Below are positions 1 to 8,684 of a DNA stretch of 64,000 bases, piece by piece. The position numbers were made by a program, and so were the translations under genes. The notes below the pieces were generated by a model, which was not told where the DNA came from, made no database searches, and saw only the letters and a program-made list of their open reading frames with translations. The DNA is from Polaromonas sp. GTDB lineage: Bacteria > Pseudomonadota > Gammaproteobacteria > Burkholderiales > Burkholderiaceae_C. The DNA lies in assembly GCF_012927455.1 (NCBI RefSeq), contig NZ_JABBPE010000003.1, forward strand, positions 18,970-82,969, written 5' to 3'. Numbering within the stretch: position 1 is the stretch's first letter; each line of letters starts with the position of its first letter.

Positions 1-330
1 CAAGGTGGGTTGCTCGCCGATGAATTGCTTAAGGTCCAGCGAGGTGGAACCGCTCAGGCAATCGATGTCAAAGCGAAGCAGGGGATTGACGGCTTCCACG
101 CCATGAAAGCGCTCGACCACCAGCCGGTCCGGCAGCGCCAAGCCCTGGGCGGTTTCCAGCTCAATCAGCCGGGCGCGCTGGGACAGGCCGGTGCCGAACA
201 GGGCCAGCAAATCGGCGGGGTTCAGCCCTGGGGTGTTGAGGCCTTCGGCGCTGGCAAATGCCTGCCCGGCTGCGGCTGGGTTGTTCGTGGTTTTTTCCTC
301 CTCTGGTACCGACAAAAAACTTGGCCACAT
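1..330 (-). CDS. vgrG: VgrG/TssI-like type VI secretion tip protein, N-terminal part (runs off the window start)
   Basis: Not in the ORF track. Manual translation of the minus strand from ATG 330 is open to base 1: MWPSF...LLALFGTGLSQRARLIELETAQGLALPDRLVVERFHGVEAVNPLLRFDIDCLSGSTSLDLKQFIGEQPTL. This resembles the VgrG N-terminal pattern (L.vE.f.G.E.vn..frf.idcLS....ldLk.fiG). Alternative in-frame ATG at 357. Confidence 0.7.
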   Translation of the reverse strand, partial: MWPSFLSVPEEEKTTNNPAAAGQAFASAEGLNTPGLNPADLLALFGTGLSQRARLIELETAQGLALPDRLVVERFHGVEAVNPLLRFDIDCLSGSTSLDLKQFIGEQPTL

Positions 331-360
331 GCGTATTTTTGCGGCTCCTTGGAACATTAA

Positions 361-410
361 TTGCTATTATTTTGATAGCTGTTAGCGCCCGTATCTATTG
401 GGCTACAGCC
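361..410 (+). repeat. GCTAT-N7-ATAGC interspersed repeat, copy 1
   Basis: GCTAT-TATTTTG-ATAGC-TGTTAGCGCCCGTATCTATTGGGCTACAGCC. Confidence 0.85.
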
Positions 411-426
411 GTTTTTACAGCCTATT

Positions 427-681
427 TCAGCTCAATTCCGCAATCAGGTCGATGTACATCTGCATGGCTTCGTCCTGCGACGTGCCCTTGAGCTTGTTCC
501 AGGCGTCCCACTTGGCTCTGGCCACCATGTCGCTGAAACCGGGTTTTTGCTCAGTGTTGTCCCCCGTGCTGCCTTGCTTGTAGAGGGCGTAGATTTTCAG
601 CAGCGTGGCATTGTCGGGGCGCTCGCTGAGGTACTTCGAATCGGCCATGGCTTGGGCGAAGGTGGCTTGCAGGTCTGACAT
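427..681 (-). CDS. Acyl-CoA-binding protein (ACBP)
   Basis: 84 aa with ACBP motifs LLKIYALYKQGSTGD, KPGFSDMVARAKWDAW and AMQMYIDLI. Confidence 0.92.
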   Translation of the reverse strand: MSDLQATFAQAMADSKYLSERPDNATLLKIYALYKQGSTGDNTEQKPGFSDMVARAKWDAWNKLKGTSQDEAMQMYIDLIAELS

Positions 682-838
682 GGGAACGCTCCTTGTTCAA
701 AAAAATTGCACCCCGAAGAAGGGCTGGGGTCGTGGGGCTATCTTAGCGACCGCCTATTTTCCAAGGCAGGCGGCCTTGAGTTGCTGCTGCGGGGTTGCGG
801 TGAGTTGCGGTGGGCAGCACCAAGTCAGGGCTACTTAA

Positions 839-887
839 TGGCTGCAACCCAATGAAATCGTGCGCAAGTAGCTATGCTTTTAATAGC
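839..887 (-). repeat. GCTAT-N7-ATAGC repeat, copy 2
   Basis: Reverse complement GCTAT-TAAAAGC-ATAGC-TACTTGCGCACGATTTCATTGGGTTGCAGCC. Confidence 0.8.
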
Positions 888-900
888 TAACCAAGACCCA

Positions 901-1668
901 TCAGGGGGCAAAGCGGCGCGCGGCGACCTCCAGCAAGCCGTCAAAAATCAGGTTGTCCACCAGCTCAAACCTGACCGACAGGCTGGGTGCCATCTTCCAG
1001 CCGGCGCCGCCGGTCATGATGCACTCGGGCGTCTCGCCGCAATGGCGCGTGACGTTTTCCACCATGCGCTGCACCGCGCCGGCGATAGCGAAGGTGCCGC
1101 CGCTGGTCAGCGCGTCACTGGTGTTGGTGGGAAAGTCGCGCACGTCGCCGGTGGGCACATGCAGGCCGGCGGTGCCCGATTCAAGCGCGCGCAGCATGAT
1201 GCCGTGGCCGGGCAGGATGATGCCGCCCAGGAATTTTCCGGAGGCGTCAATCGCCTCGACCGTCACCGCCGTACCGACCATGACCACCACGCAGGGCTTG
1301 CGGCTGCCACGCGCCAGCAGGCGGTGGTACGCCCCTATCATGGCGACCCAGCGGTCGGCTCCCAGGCGCGCCGGGTGGTCGTAGCCGTTGCTCAGGCCGG
1401 CTTCCTGCGGACTTGACACGACCCAGACCGGGGCGACGTCCCACAGGTCCATCTGCTCTGCCAGGCGCCGCTTGATGGCGTCGCCCGCGACGATGCAGCC
1501 GAGAATTCGCGACGGTGGCGGCAAGGCGCGCCATTCGTCCTCGGCCAACCGGTCGATGTTTTCCAGAAACACCGCGCCTTGCGCCAGCAGCTTGGCGCCC
1601 ACCACGGGCGTGTCGTAGTGGGCCCATTTCAGGCGGGTGTTGCCTACGTCAAGCGCTAGAAAGGTCAT
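901..1668 (-). CDS. coaX: Type III pantothenate kinase
   Basis: [16 protein letters not shown] motif, [28 protein letters not shown]. Confidence 0.92.
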   Translation of the reverse strand: MTFLALDVGNTRLKWAHYDTPVVGAKLLAQGAVFLENIDRLAEDEWRALPPPSRILGCIVAGDAIKRRLAEQMDLWDVAPVWVVSSPQEAGLSNGYDHPARLGADRWVAMIGAYHRLLARGSRKPCVVVMVGTAVTVEAIDASGKFLGGIILPGHGIMLRALESGTAGLHVPTGDVRDFPTNTSDALTSGGTFAIAGAVQRMVENVTRHCGETPECIMTGGAGWKMAPSLSVRFELVDNLIFDGLLEVAARRFAP

Positions 1669-1755
1669 TGGGCTGAATTATGAACAGGTTTGCCGCGTGC
1701 GCCCGAGGTCGCCCGGCTAAAGTTTTTTGACTGGACACGGCGTCAGGGCTCGCCA

Positions 1756-2424
1756 TCAAATCAGGCCGAACCAGCAAGCGCGCTGCACCGCCGCCAGCTT
1801 GTTGTCGACCTTGAGCTTGGTCATGGCATTGGCCAGGTGAAAGTTGACGGTGCGCTCGCTGCAGAGCAACAACTCGCCGCTTTTGCGCGCCGTCGTGCCC
1901 TGAAAAGCCAGCTTCAGGCATTCGAGTTCGCGCGGACTCAAGGGGCTGCGGGCCTCTGCCAACGCCCGCTTGAGCAGCGGCCAGATGTTGAGCGCGGACC
2001 AGGCCAGCGCCGCCGCCTCGCTGCGGTCGTGCCACTGGCGCGGGCTGAAAAGATAGCACTCGAAAGCGCGCCCAACCGTCAACGGAAACGCGATTCGGAC
2101 GACGCTCTGGTAGCCATGACCGAGCCAGAGCCTGCGCCAGCGACTGAGATTTTCGAAAGCCGACTTGGATATATCCTGCCAGGCCACCAGCGGCGCATCG
2201 GAATCGCGCCAGAGCGCGCCAAAATCCCGGCTCTCGGCTAGCGCCTGGGCGGCTTCAAGCAGGCGCGGCGGATGCAGGGCCAGCACCAGTCGGTCCTCAT
2301 CACCGGCGAAAGGGTCAGGGCCCAGCACCATCAGGGCTTCGACCGAAAACTCATGCAGGGCGCACATCCAGTCGCTGATGACGCCGTCCAGGCTGACACT
2401 GTCAAAATTAGCAGGTAGCTGCAT
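1756..2424 (-). CDS. LuxR-family regulator with a degenerate autoinducer-binding domain (LuxR solo)
   Basis: C-terminal LuxR HTH (LSPRELECLK...SERTVNFHLANAMTKLKVDNKLAAVQRA). N-terminal ~160 aa has autoinducer-domain-like remnants (HPP, PLVAW, HGY). No luxI in the window. Confidence 0.8.
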   Translation of the reverse strand: MQLPANFDSVSLDGVISDWMCALHEFSVEALMVLGPDPFAGDEDRLVLALHPPRLLEAAQALAESRDFGALWRDSDAPLVAWQDISKSAFENLSRWRRLWLGHGYQSVVRIAFPLTVGRAFECYLFSPRQWHDRSEAAALAWSALNIWPLLKRALAEARSPLSPRELECLKLAFQGTTARKSGELLLCSERTVNFHLANAMTKLKVDNKLAAVQRACWFGLI

Positions 2425-2514
2425 TAGCTCGGCCGCAGGAGAACAAGGACAATGCAGCCAAATGTCAAATACGTCATCAGTGAGGATTCAGCTTGTGCTT
2501 GAGAGGTTTTTAAA

Positions 2515-3816
2515 GTGAGGGTGGTTGACGTCTACGCACGGCTTGCGCAGCGTCCCTGGTTTCAGTGGCTGCGCGAGGAGTTGGTCGTGCCGCCGTTGGA
2601 GCCTATTTTGCATCCATCGCCCCGGCGCCTTTGGTGGCTGGGGCTGATGATGCTTTTGGGCAATGCCTTGTTTGCCTGGATCTGGTCGGTCTGGCTGCCG
2701 CAACCCTACGAAAACCTGACGCTGCGGGTTATCGCCAGCCTGCTGGGCTTCAGCCTGATGGCGCCGCAAGTGAGCCTGCACCCCGACAGCGCGCTGGTGC
2801 AGAAAATTTTTGGTCTCCTGTTCTGGCTGGAGTTACCGGTCTTCTTCAGCTGGATGTACCTGTGCAACAGCGGCAGCGCCGTCTGGCTGGCGACGCTGGC
2901 GGTCATGGTGCTGGTTTACTACCATGTCACCGACTGGCGCTTCGCCACCCTGGGCATCATCACGGGCAGCCTGCTGGCTTGGGTGCTGTTTCGCTTCTTG
3001 GGACCGGGCGTCCCACCGATCGCGGAAAACCAGCGCATCGTCCATGCCGTGGTGTTTGCATTTGCGTGGACCTGCGCCCTCGTGCTCAGCCTGTCGTCGG
3101 CCACTTTGCGGCGGACACAACTGGCGCACGCGCTGACGACCATGGGCATCATGGCGCATGAACTGCGAACGCCGTTGTCTACGGCGGCGCTGATTGGTGA
3201 CGCGATTGAACTGGAAGTCGAGCGCCAACCGGACAATCCACGCTCGCCGCAGCTGGAAAAGCTGGCTTCGCGCCTGCACGCGCTGGCGCGCAACATGAAC
3301 CACCAGATCGACACGCAGATCGCCAATGCCAAACTGATGCAGCTGCCGAGCCACGCCGAGCGGATTTTTGCTGCCGAGCTGGTGCAGCAGGTGGTGGCGT
3401 CCTATCCCTTCGCCGCCAGCCGCCAGCGTGACTGCGTGCGGGTGCTGATCCACCGTGACTTTACCTTCCTCTCGTCATTCACCCAGTTTTCCCAGGTGCT
3501 CGACAACCTGATGAAAAATGCACTGTATTCGCTAATGGCAGCTGACTCCAGGTACCATCCGGGCGCGCTGCGCATCGAAGTCGGCATGCTGCACCAGCGT
3601 GGCCGCATCGTCGTGAGCGACGACGGCATGGGCATTGATGCTGCGCTGCTGCCGCATATTTTCAAACCGTTCTTCTCCAGCAACCACGGCACCGGCCACG
3701 GCCTGGGCCTGGCTTTTTGCCAGCAAGTGGTGCGCAGCGCGAGCGGCAGCATTTCCGTGAAATCACAATTCGCCGTTGGCGCCACGTTCACGATTGAGTT
3801 GCCGCTGGCGGGCTGA
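2515..3816 (+). CDS. CqsS/LqsS-like membrane sensor histidine kinase (no receiver domain)
   Basis: About six hydrophobic helices including LPVFFSWMYLCN; H-box MAHELRTPL; N-box DNLMKNA; G1 DDGMGI; F-box FKPFFS; G2 GHGLGL. Adjacent to the CqsA-like synthase. Confidence 0.85.
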   Translation: MRVVDVYARLAQRPWFQWLREELVVPPLEPILHPSPRRLWWLGLMMLLGNALFAWIWSVWLPQPYENLTLRVIASLLGFSLMAPQVSLHPDSALVQKIFGLLFWLELPVFFSWMYLCNSGSAVWLATLAVMVLVYYHVTDWRFATLGIITGSLLAWVLFRFLGPGVPPIAENQRIVHAVVFAFAWTCALVLSLSSATLRRTQLAHALTTMGIMAHELRTPLSTAALIGDAIELEVERQPDNPRSPQLEKLASRLHALARNMNHQIDTQIANAKLMQLPSHAERIFAAELVQQVVASYPFAASRQRDCVRVLIHRDFTFLSSFTQFSQVLDNLMKNALYSLMAADSRYHPGALRIEVGMLHQRGRIVVSDDGMGIDAALLPHIFKPFFSSNHGTGHGLGLAFCQQVVRSASGSISVKSQFAVGATFTIELPLAG

Positions 3817-3862
3817 GGCTGTGGCCATGACCGTGCTCCAGCGCTGATTTTCAGGAACCCAA

Positions 3863-4864
3863 ATGACTCCGACCCCCTTATCCTTTGCCCTGTACCGCCG
3901 CCCGGGCGGCGTGATTTTTCTCGATGACGATAGAGACTACCTTGAGATGCTGGCCGAAGTCATGCCGCCCGACTGGTACGTTCGCATGTTCCTGCGTCCC
4001 GTGGCCTGCATTGAGCAGTTGCTGAAGGAGACCCTACAGTGGGAGGCAGACGCCTGGGCACAGCAGGAAATCATCAATCGCTGGCGCGAGGGGGTCTCAC
4101 TGATTCCGCAGATCCTGCAGTACTGGCGTGACGACGGCATAGCGCGTTTTGCGCTCTCCCGGGTCTGCGTGGTGGACTACGCCATGCCGGCGATGAGCGG
4201 GCTGCGGGTCTTGAGCGAACTCACGGGCTGGTCCGGTTCGCGTATTTTGCTGACGGGCCGGGCCGATGAGCAACTCGCGGTATCGGCTTTCAATCGCGGT
4301 CTGATCGACCAGTTCATTGCCAAGCAGTCGCCCGGGATTCGCCTGCGCCTGACCGAGGCCATCCAGGGCCTGCGCCACATTCCAGACACACGCCATCAAC
4401 AGATCTGGCGCGCCACCTTGTCGCGCGCGCAGCATGCGCTGCTGTGTGAACCAGCGATTTCAAAAGCGCTGGAAAAGTTGACGCTGCAGCAGGGCTGGAT
4501 AGAGCGGGTGGTGATAGGCGCACCGTTCGGCATATTGGCGCTGCACCCGCAAGGTGGCGCAAGCTGGCTGCAACTGGAGCCCTCCGAAAACCTGCAGGAG
4601 CTCGCTGAAATGGCCGAATCCCAAGGCTTCGACGCGACCACAGTGGGGGACATCCGCGCCGGCAGACGACTCGTGGACCTGGAACTGCAGCTGGCCCTGG
4701 GTGGCGGCCAAAAACCCCGGCCGCAGCAGGCCTTTGCCATCGCCAGCGAGCCGGCGCGCCTGTACGCCGCCATCTTTGCGGTCCCGGAAAGCTTCAGCTC
4801 CGGTGAGGCGTCCAGTTACGCGCGTTTTATCACCACCGTGGGCGATCGTGAACTGCAGGACTAG
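3863..4864 (+). CDS. LqsR-like response regulator (split receiver, non-HTH output domain)
   Basis: VIFLDDD at the N-terminus, a long insertion, phospho-acceptor VVDYAMP at D105 (LqsR uses D108), ILLTG and FIAK. No recognisable DNA-binding domain. Confidence 0.8.
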   Translation: MTPTPLSFALYRRPGGVIFLDDDRDYLEMLAEVMPPDWYVRMFLRPVACIEQLLKETLQWEADAWAQQEIINRWREGVSLIPQILQYWRDDGIARFALSRVCVVDYAMPAMSGLRVLSELTGWSGSRILLTGRADEQLAVSAFNRGLIDQFIAKQSPGIRLRLTEAIQGLRHIPDTRHQQIWRATLSRAQHALLCEPAISKALEKLTLQQGWIERVVIGAPFGILALHPQGGASWLQLEPSENLQELAEMAESQGFDATTVGDIRAGRRLVDLELQLALGGGQKPRPQQAFAIASEPARLYAAIFAVPESFSSGEASSYARFITTVGDRELQD

Positions 4865-4873
4865 ACACCGGGA

Positions 4874-6139
4874 CTAAGAGGAAGCCTGAGCAGCGCGGGC
4901 ACGCCGTGCGATCGGCCAATCCCAAGGTTTGACGAGGGGCGCAATCTCGCGCGCCACCGCCTCTACGTGGTCCAGTTCCGAATCCATCAGGCCGGCGTTC
5001 AACGTGAGCCGCATCATCGCGCGCTTGCTGCTGGTGGCCGGCGCGCAAAACATGGCCGAAAACACGTCGCGCTCCTCCAGTCGGTCACGCAGCACCATGG
5101 TGTCGCATTCCATGCCAACTTCAAGCGCGATGATTTGCTGGCTTCCCTGGTGAATCGGGTAACCCAGATCACTCAGGCTGGCGCGCAGGCGCGTAGTGTG
5201 CGCCAGCAGGCGGCTGCGTGCCTCATCACTTTGGCGAATCACTTCCAGCGTGGCCGTCAGCCCGGCAATTTCGTGCGGCAGCAAGCTGGAGCTGAAAATA
5301 TTGGGAAAGCTGGTACAAAAAATGTAGTGCCGCATGTGCGCCGGTGCCGTGAAGAAACCGGCGCGCCCGGCAAAGGCTTTGGCCAGGCTGGCGGTGATGA
5401 AGTGCACCCGCTCCGACAAACCGAGCGCGGCGCACAGGCCGGCGCCCTGAGGGCCGTGGGTGCCCAGCGAGTGCGATTCATCGACCAGGATCATGCAGCC
5501 GTACTGTTCAGCGACCTCAACGACTTCCACCAGCGGGCAGAGCGCGCCTGTCGTGCTGTAGACGGAATCCACCACCACCAGGCCAGGTCCGGTCCTGGCA
5601 ATCATGCGCGCCAGGTGGGCCGGGTCGTTGTGCCGAAACGCACAGGCCGGCGCCCGTGCCGCATGGGCGCCCTCCCAGAGGGACGCATGCGCCAGCGAAT
5701 CCAGATAGACCGGTGTTTGCGCATCGGCAATGGCCTGCAGCAAACCCACATTGGCGGCATAGCCTGACTGGCAGATGAAGCCATCGTCTTTGCCAACCCA
5801 ATTGGCCAGGGCCAACTCCAGCGCACGGGCTGGATGCTGGTTGAGGTGAAACACGCCGGACTGGACCACAAACTCCTGCTGCTTGCGCAGCGCATCGACC
5901 TGGGCCTGGACGATGAGCGGGTGCCCCGTTAAGCCCAGGTAGTCATTGCCGTCCAGCCGTATTGCATTGGAGCCGGGCGGTTTGCCGTGCAGGACAAATT
6001 TTCCGCCCCACTGCTGATTCCAGCGCGGTGTGAAGTCGCGTGCGATGCGCTGGGTCAGCTGCGTTCCAAGGGAAGGGTTGCCCAAAGGGCGGGCGGCAGG
6101 GGCGAGTTTGCGTTCGAGTGCTTGCATGAAGAGTTCCAA
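4874..6139 (-). CDS. cqsA: Alpha-hydroxyketone autoinducer synthase (CqsA/LqsA/JqsA family, PLP-dependent AONS fold)
   Basis: GNDYLGL, VVDSVYSTTG, VDESHSLGTHG, PLP-lysine region ITASLAKAFAGRAG, IFSSSLLPHE. Clustered with CqsS/LqsR-like genes; no biotin genes nearby. Confidence 0.88.
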   Translation of the reverse strand: MELFMQALERKLAPAARPLGNPSLGTQLTQRIARDFTPRWNQQWGGKFVLHGKPPGSNAIRLDGNDYLGLTGHPLIVQAQVDALRKQQEFVVQSGVFHLNQHPARALELALANWVGKDDGFICQSGYAANVGLLQAIADAQTPVYLDSLAHASLWEGAHAARAPACAFRHNDPAHLARMIARTGPGLVVVDSVYSTTGALCPLVEVVEVAEQYGCMILVDESHSLGTHGPQGAGLCAALGLSERVHFITASLAKAFAGRAGFFTAPAHMRHYIFCTSFPNIFSSSLLPHEIAGLTATLEVIRQSDEARSRLLAHTTRLRASLSDLGYPIHQGSQQIIALEVGMECDTMVLRDRLEERDVFSAMFCAPATSSKRAMMRLTLNAGLMDSELDHVEAVAREIAPLVKPWDWPIARRARAAQASS

Positions 6140-6184
6140 TAGAAATGAACTCTCATTGAAAACTGTTACACAAATTGATACGTC

Positions 6185-6213
6185 TTACCCCCTGTTAGAA
6201 CTGTCAGGGGTAA
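6185..6213. promoter_or_regulatory. Lux-box-like inverted repeat upstream of cqsA
   Basis: TTACCCCCTG-TTAGAACTGT-CAGGGGTAA. The core CCTG-N10-CAGG (6191-6208) has the same geometry as the lux box ACCTGTAGGATCGTACAGGT. Centre lies 60 nt upstream of the cqsA start, in an AT-rich intergenic region. Confidence 0.55.
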
Positions 6214-6336
6214 AACGCTATCGCCATGAATTATCCAATTAGACTAGAACTATATAACTCATTACTAAATATTTTTGTAGTTATTTTTATTTACTCTAAC
6301 TGGTCTCAAAAAGTAACTTGTTGCAATACCGCACAC

Positions 6337-6789
6337 CTAACTCTGTTGCCATGGCAGCCCACGAAAGCGCCAGCCTCCCAGATGACCGCGCTGCCCCTGC
6401 GCGTCAGCATCTCCTTCGAAGCCTTCCAGAATGTTGTAGGCCTCTATCCCGAGTTCAGTGGCTCGTTGAGCAGCAGCGATAGAGCGGACCCCGCTGCGGC
6501 ACAACAGCACGACTTTCTTGCCCGGCGGCACGGCGGCTTTCAGGCATTCGTCAAAGCTGGGGTTGACCTCCATGCCAGGCCACTGCTTCCAGGCCAGCGC
6601 CACCGCGCCGGGCACATAACCGACCCAGGCGCGCTCGGCGTCGCTGCGCACATCCACCAACACTGCCTGGGCCGACTGCAGCCATGCAAAGGCCAGCTGC
6701 GGCAGAATGTCACCGGCGTAGCCCGGCGCCGGCTGTTTCTGCTGTCCCTGGAGCGGAGTAGGAGAGTCCGGTGGGGTGCTGATGCTCAT
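6337..6789 (-). CDS. Single-domain rhodanese-like protein
   Basis: LVDVRSDAE, active-site loop LLCRSGVRS, YNILEGFEG...GGWRFRGLPW. Start moved to MSIST (6789); ORF track begins at 6984. Confidence 0.88.
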   Translation of the reverse strand: MSISTPPDSPTPLQGQQKQPAPGYAGDILPQLAFAWLQSAQAVLVDVRSDAERAWVGYVPGAVALAWKQWPGMEVNPSFDECLKAAVPPGKKVVLLCRSGVRSIAAAQRATELGIEAYNILEGFEGDADAQGQRGHLGGWRFRGLPWQQS

Positions 6790-6999
6790 CTGGGAACCTG
6801 TCGTATTGAAAGTTGAATCATCTCCATGTTGCGCCGTCAGGCGTGCGTTGGGCAGTAGGCGACCATGGTGAAACTGAAAGTATTTTCCAGCGATCCACCA
6901 CTGCATGGCAAGTTGAGGAGGCAACTTTTGCAGTGCGCGTTCGATGGCAGGCAAAATCAAGCGAAGCGCAAACACAGCAAGCAACTACCGGAGACTCTA

Positions 7000-7914
7000 A
7001 TGCCCCCAAATGGTGACGCCCCTTACACGACGGACTCGCCGCCTACCAAGGCGGACCTCAAGTCCATGGCCAAAATGCTCGCCCCGTGGCAGCCGCCCGA
7101 GACCAGCGGCAGCGCCAATAACGCCAACAAAAAGGGCAAGGCCTGCAGCCTCAATGACTTCGATCCTGCAGCCAAGCCTTTTTCTAATGGAGACAAACAG
7201 CTTGACAAGGCGGCGGTCGAAGCCCTGGCCAACGAGCTCGACGAGCTGCAAAACTGCTTTTACGGCGACAAACGCTACAAGCTGCTGGTGATTCTGCAGG
7301 GCACCGACACGTCCGGCAAGGACGGCGTGCTGCGCGGCGTGTTCGGCCGCATCAGCCCGCTGGGGGTTCGCACCATGGGATGGAAAGCCCCCAGCGAAGA
7401 GGAGCGCGCCCACGACTATCTGTGGCGCATCCACCAGGCGGTGCCCGGCGCGGGCGAGTTGATGATTTTCAACCGCAGCCATTATGAAGATGTGCTGGTA
7501 CCGCCCGTCAATGGCTGGATCACGGCGGCGCAAACAGCGCAACGCTACCAGCACATCAACGATTTTGAACGCATGCTCAGCGAGACCGGCACCGTGATCT
7601 TGAAGTTCATGCTGCACATCAGCTTGGACGAGCAACGTGAGCGGCTGCAAGCCCGGCTCGACGACCCTGCCAAACACTGGAAGTTCAGCCTGGGTGATCT
7701 GGAAGTTCGCAAACAGTGGAAGCAGTACCAAAAGGCTTACGAAGGCCTGCTCAACGCAACCAGCACTGCCTGGGCGCCCTGGACCGTGGTGCCGGCCAAT
7801 TCCAAGACTCACCGCGACCTGATGATTGCAAAGCTGGTGCACCATGCCCTGCACAAACTCGATTTGCGCTACCCGCCGGGGGATCCTGCGTTGGAGGGCA
7901 TTAAGGTCAGCTGA
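7000..7914 (+). CDS. ppk2: Polyphosphate kinase 2 (single domain, probably class III)
   Basis: Walker A-like LQGTDTSGKDG, FKAP-like WKAPSEEERAHDYLWR, FNRSHYEDVL, WKFSLGDL. GGAG at 6990 supports the ATG at 7000. Confidence 0.9.
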   Translation: MPPNGDAPYTTDSPPTKADLKSMAKMLAPWQPPETSGSANNANKKGKACSLNDFDPAAKPFSNGDKQLDKAAVEALANELDELQNCFYGDKRYKLLVILQGTDTSGKDGVLRGVFGRISPLGVRTMGWKAPSEEERAHDYLWRIHQAVPGAGELMIFNRSHYEDVLVPPVNGWITAAQTAQRYQHINDFERMLSETGTVILKFMLHISLDEQRERLQARLDDPAKHWKFSLGDLEVRKQWKQYQKAYEGLLNATSTAWAPWTVVPANSKTHRDLMIAKLVHHALHKLDLRYPPGDPALEGIKVS

Positions 7915-7944
7915 CGAGCAAACCCGCGTCAGGGCTCGGCAATA

Positions 7945-8667
7945 TCAGTGGCCGCCCCCCAGGTAGGCCGCCCTGACAGCCGGATCGTCGCGCAGGCTGG
8001 CCGCCTCGCCGTGAACCGAGATGCGCCCGTTTTCCAGTACGTAGCCGTAGTCGGCCACCTTCAGGGCGGCGGCGGCGAACTGCTCGACCAGCAGCATGGT
8101 CACACCACGCGATTTCAGGTCGGCAATGATGCGAAAAACTTCTTCCACCAAAATGGGCGCCAGGCCCATGGAGGGCTCGTCGAGCAGGACGATTTCGGGG
8201 TTCAGCATGACCGCGCGCGCCATCGCCAGCATTTGCTGCTCGCCACCGGACAGCGTCCCGGCTAGCTGGGTGCGGCGCTCCTTTAAACGCGGAAACAGCT
8301 CCAGAGCGCGTTCCAGGTCGCCCGGCACATCGCCCTTGGGGCGGCTGCCGGTCAGGCGCGGAAAGGCGCCCAGCAGCAAGTTGTCGGTCACCGTCATGGT
8401 GGCAAACACGCGCCGGCCTTCGGGCGAATGCGCCAGGCCCTGCTTGGCAATGGTGTAGGACTCCAGCCCATCGACACGCTTGCCGTGCAGCGTGATTTCA
8501 CCAGAAGTAGGCTTGATCATGCCGGAGATGGCCCGCATGGTGGTGGTCTTGCCAGCGCCGTTCGAGCCAATCAGCGTGACCACTTTTCCCTTGGGCACCT
8601 CCATCGAAATGCCGTGCAGAACCTGCACTTTGCCGTAGCCAGCTTCGAGGTTTTTGATACTCAACAT
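7945..8667 (-). CDS. livF: LivF-like ABC ATPase
   Basis: GSNGAGKTT, LSGGEQQMLA, LLDEPSMGLAP, LLVEQ. Confidence 0.9.
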   Translation of the reverse strand: MLSIKNLEAGYGKVQVLHGISMEVPKGKVVTLIGSNGAGKTTTMRAISGMIKPTSGEITLHGKRVDGLESYTIAKQGLAHSPEGRRVFATMTVTDNLLLGAFPRLTGSRPKGDVPGDLERALELFPRLKERRTQLAGTLSGGEQQMLAMARAVMLNPEIVLLDEPSMGLAPILVEEVFRIIADLKSRGVTMLLVEQFAAAALKVADYGYVLENGRISVHGEAASLRDDPAVRAAYLGGGH

Positions 8668-8684
8668 ATTGAATTTCTCTTTAC

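Noticed and set aside
4874-6139. Call as biotin synthesis BioF or KBL
   Set aside because: The SLAKAFAGRAG and ESHSLG motifs and the adjacent CqsS/LqsR-like genes fit CqsA better; no bio genes nearby.
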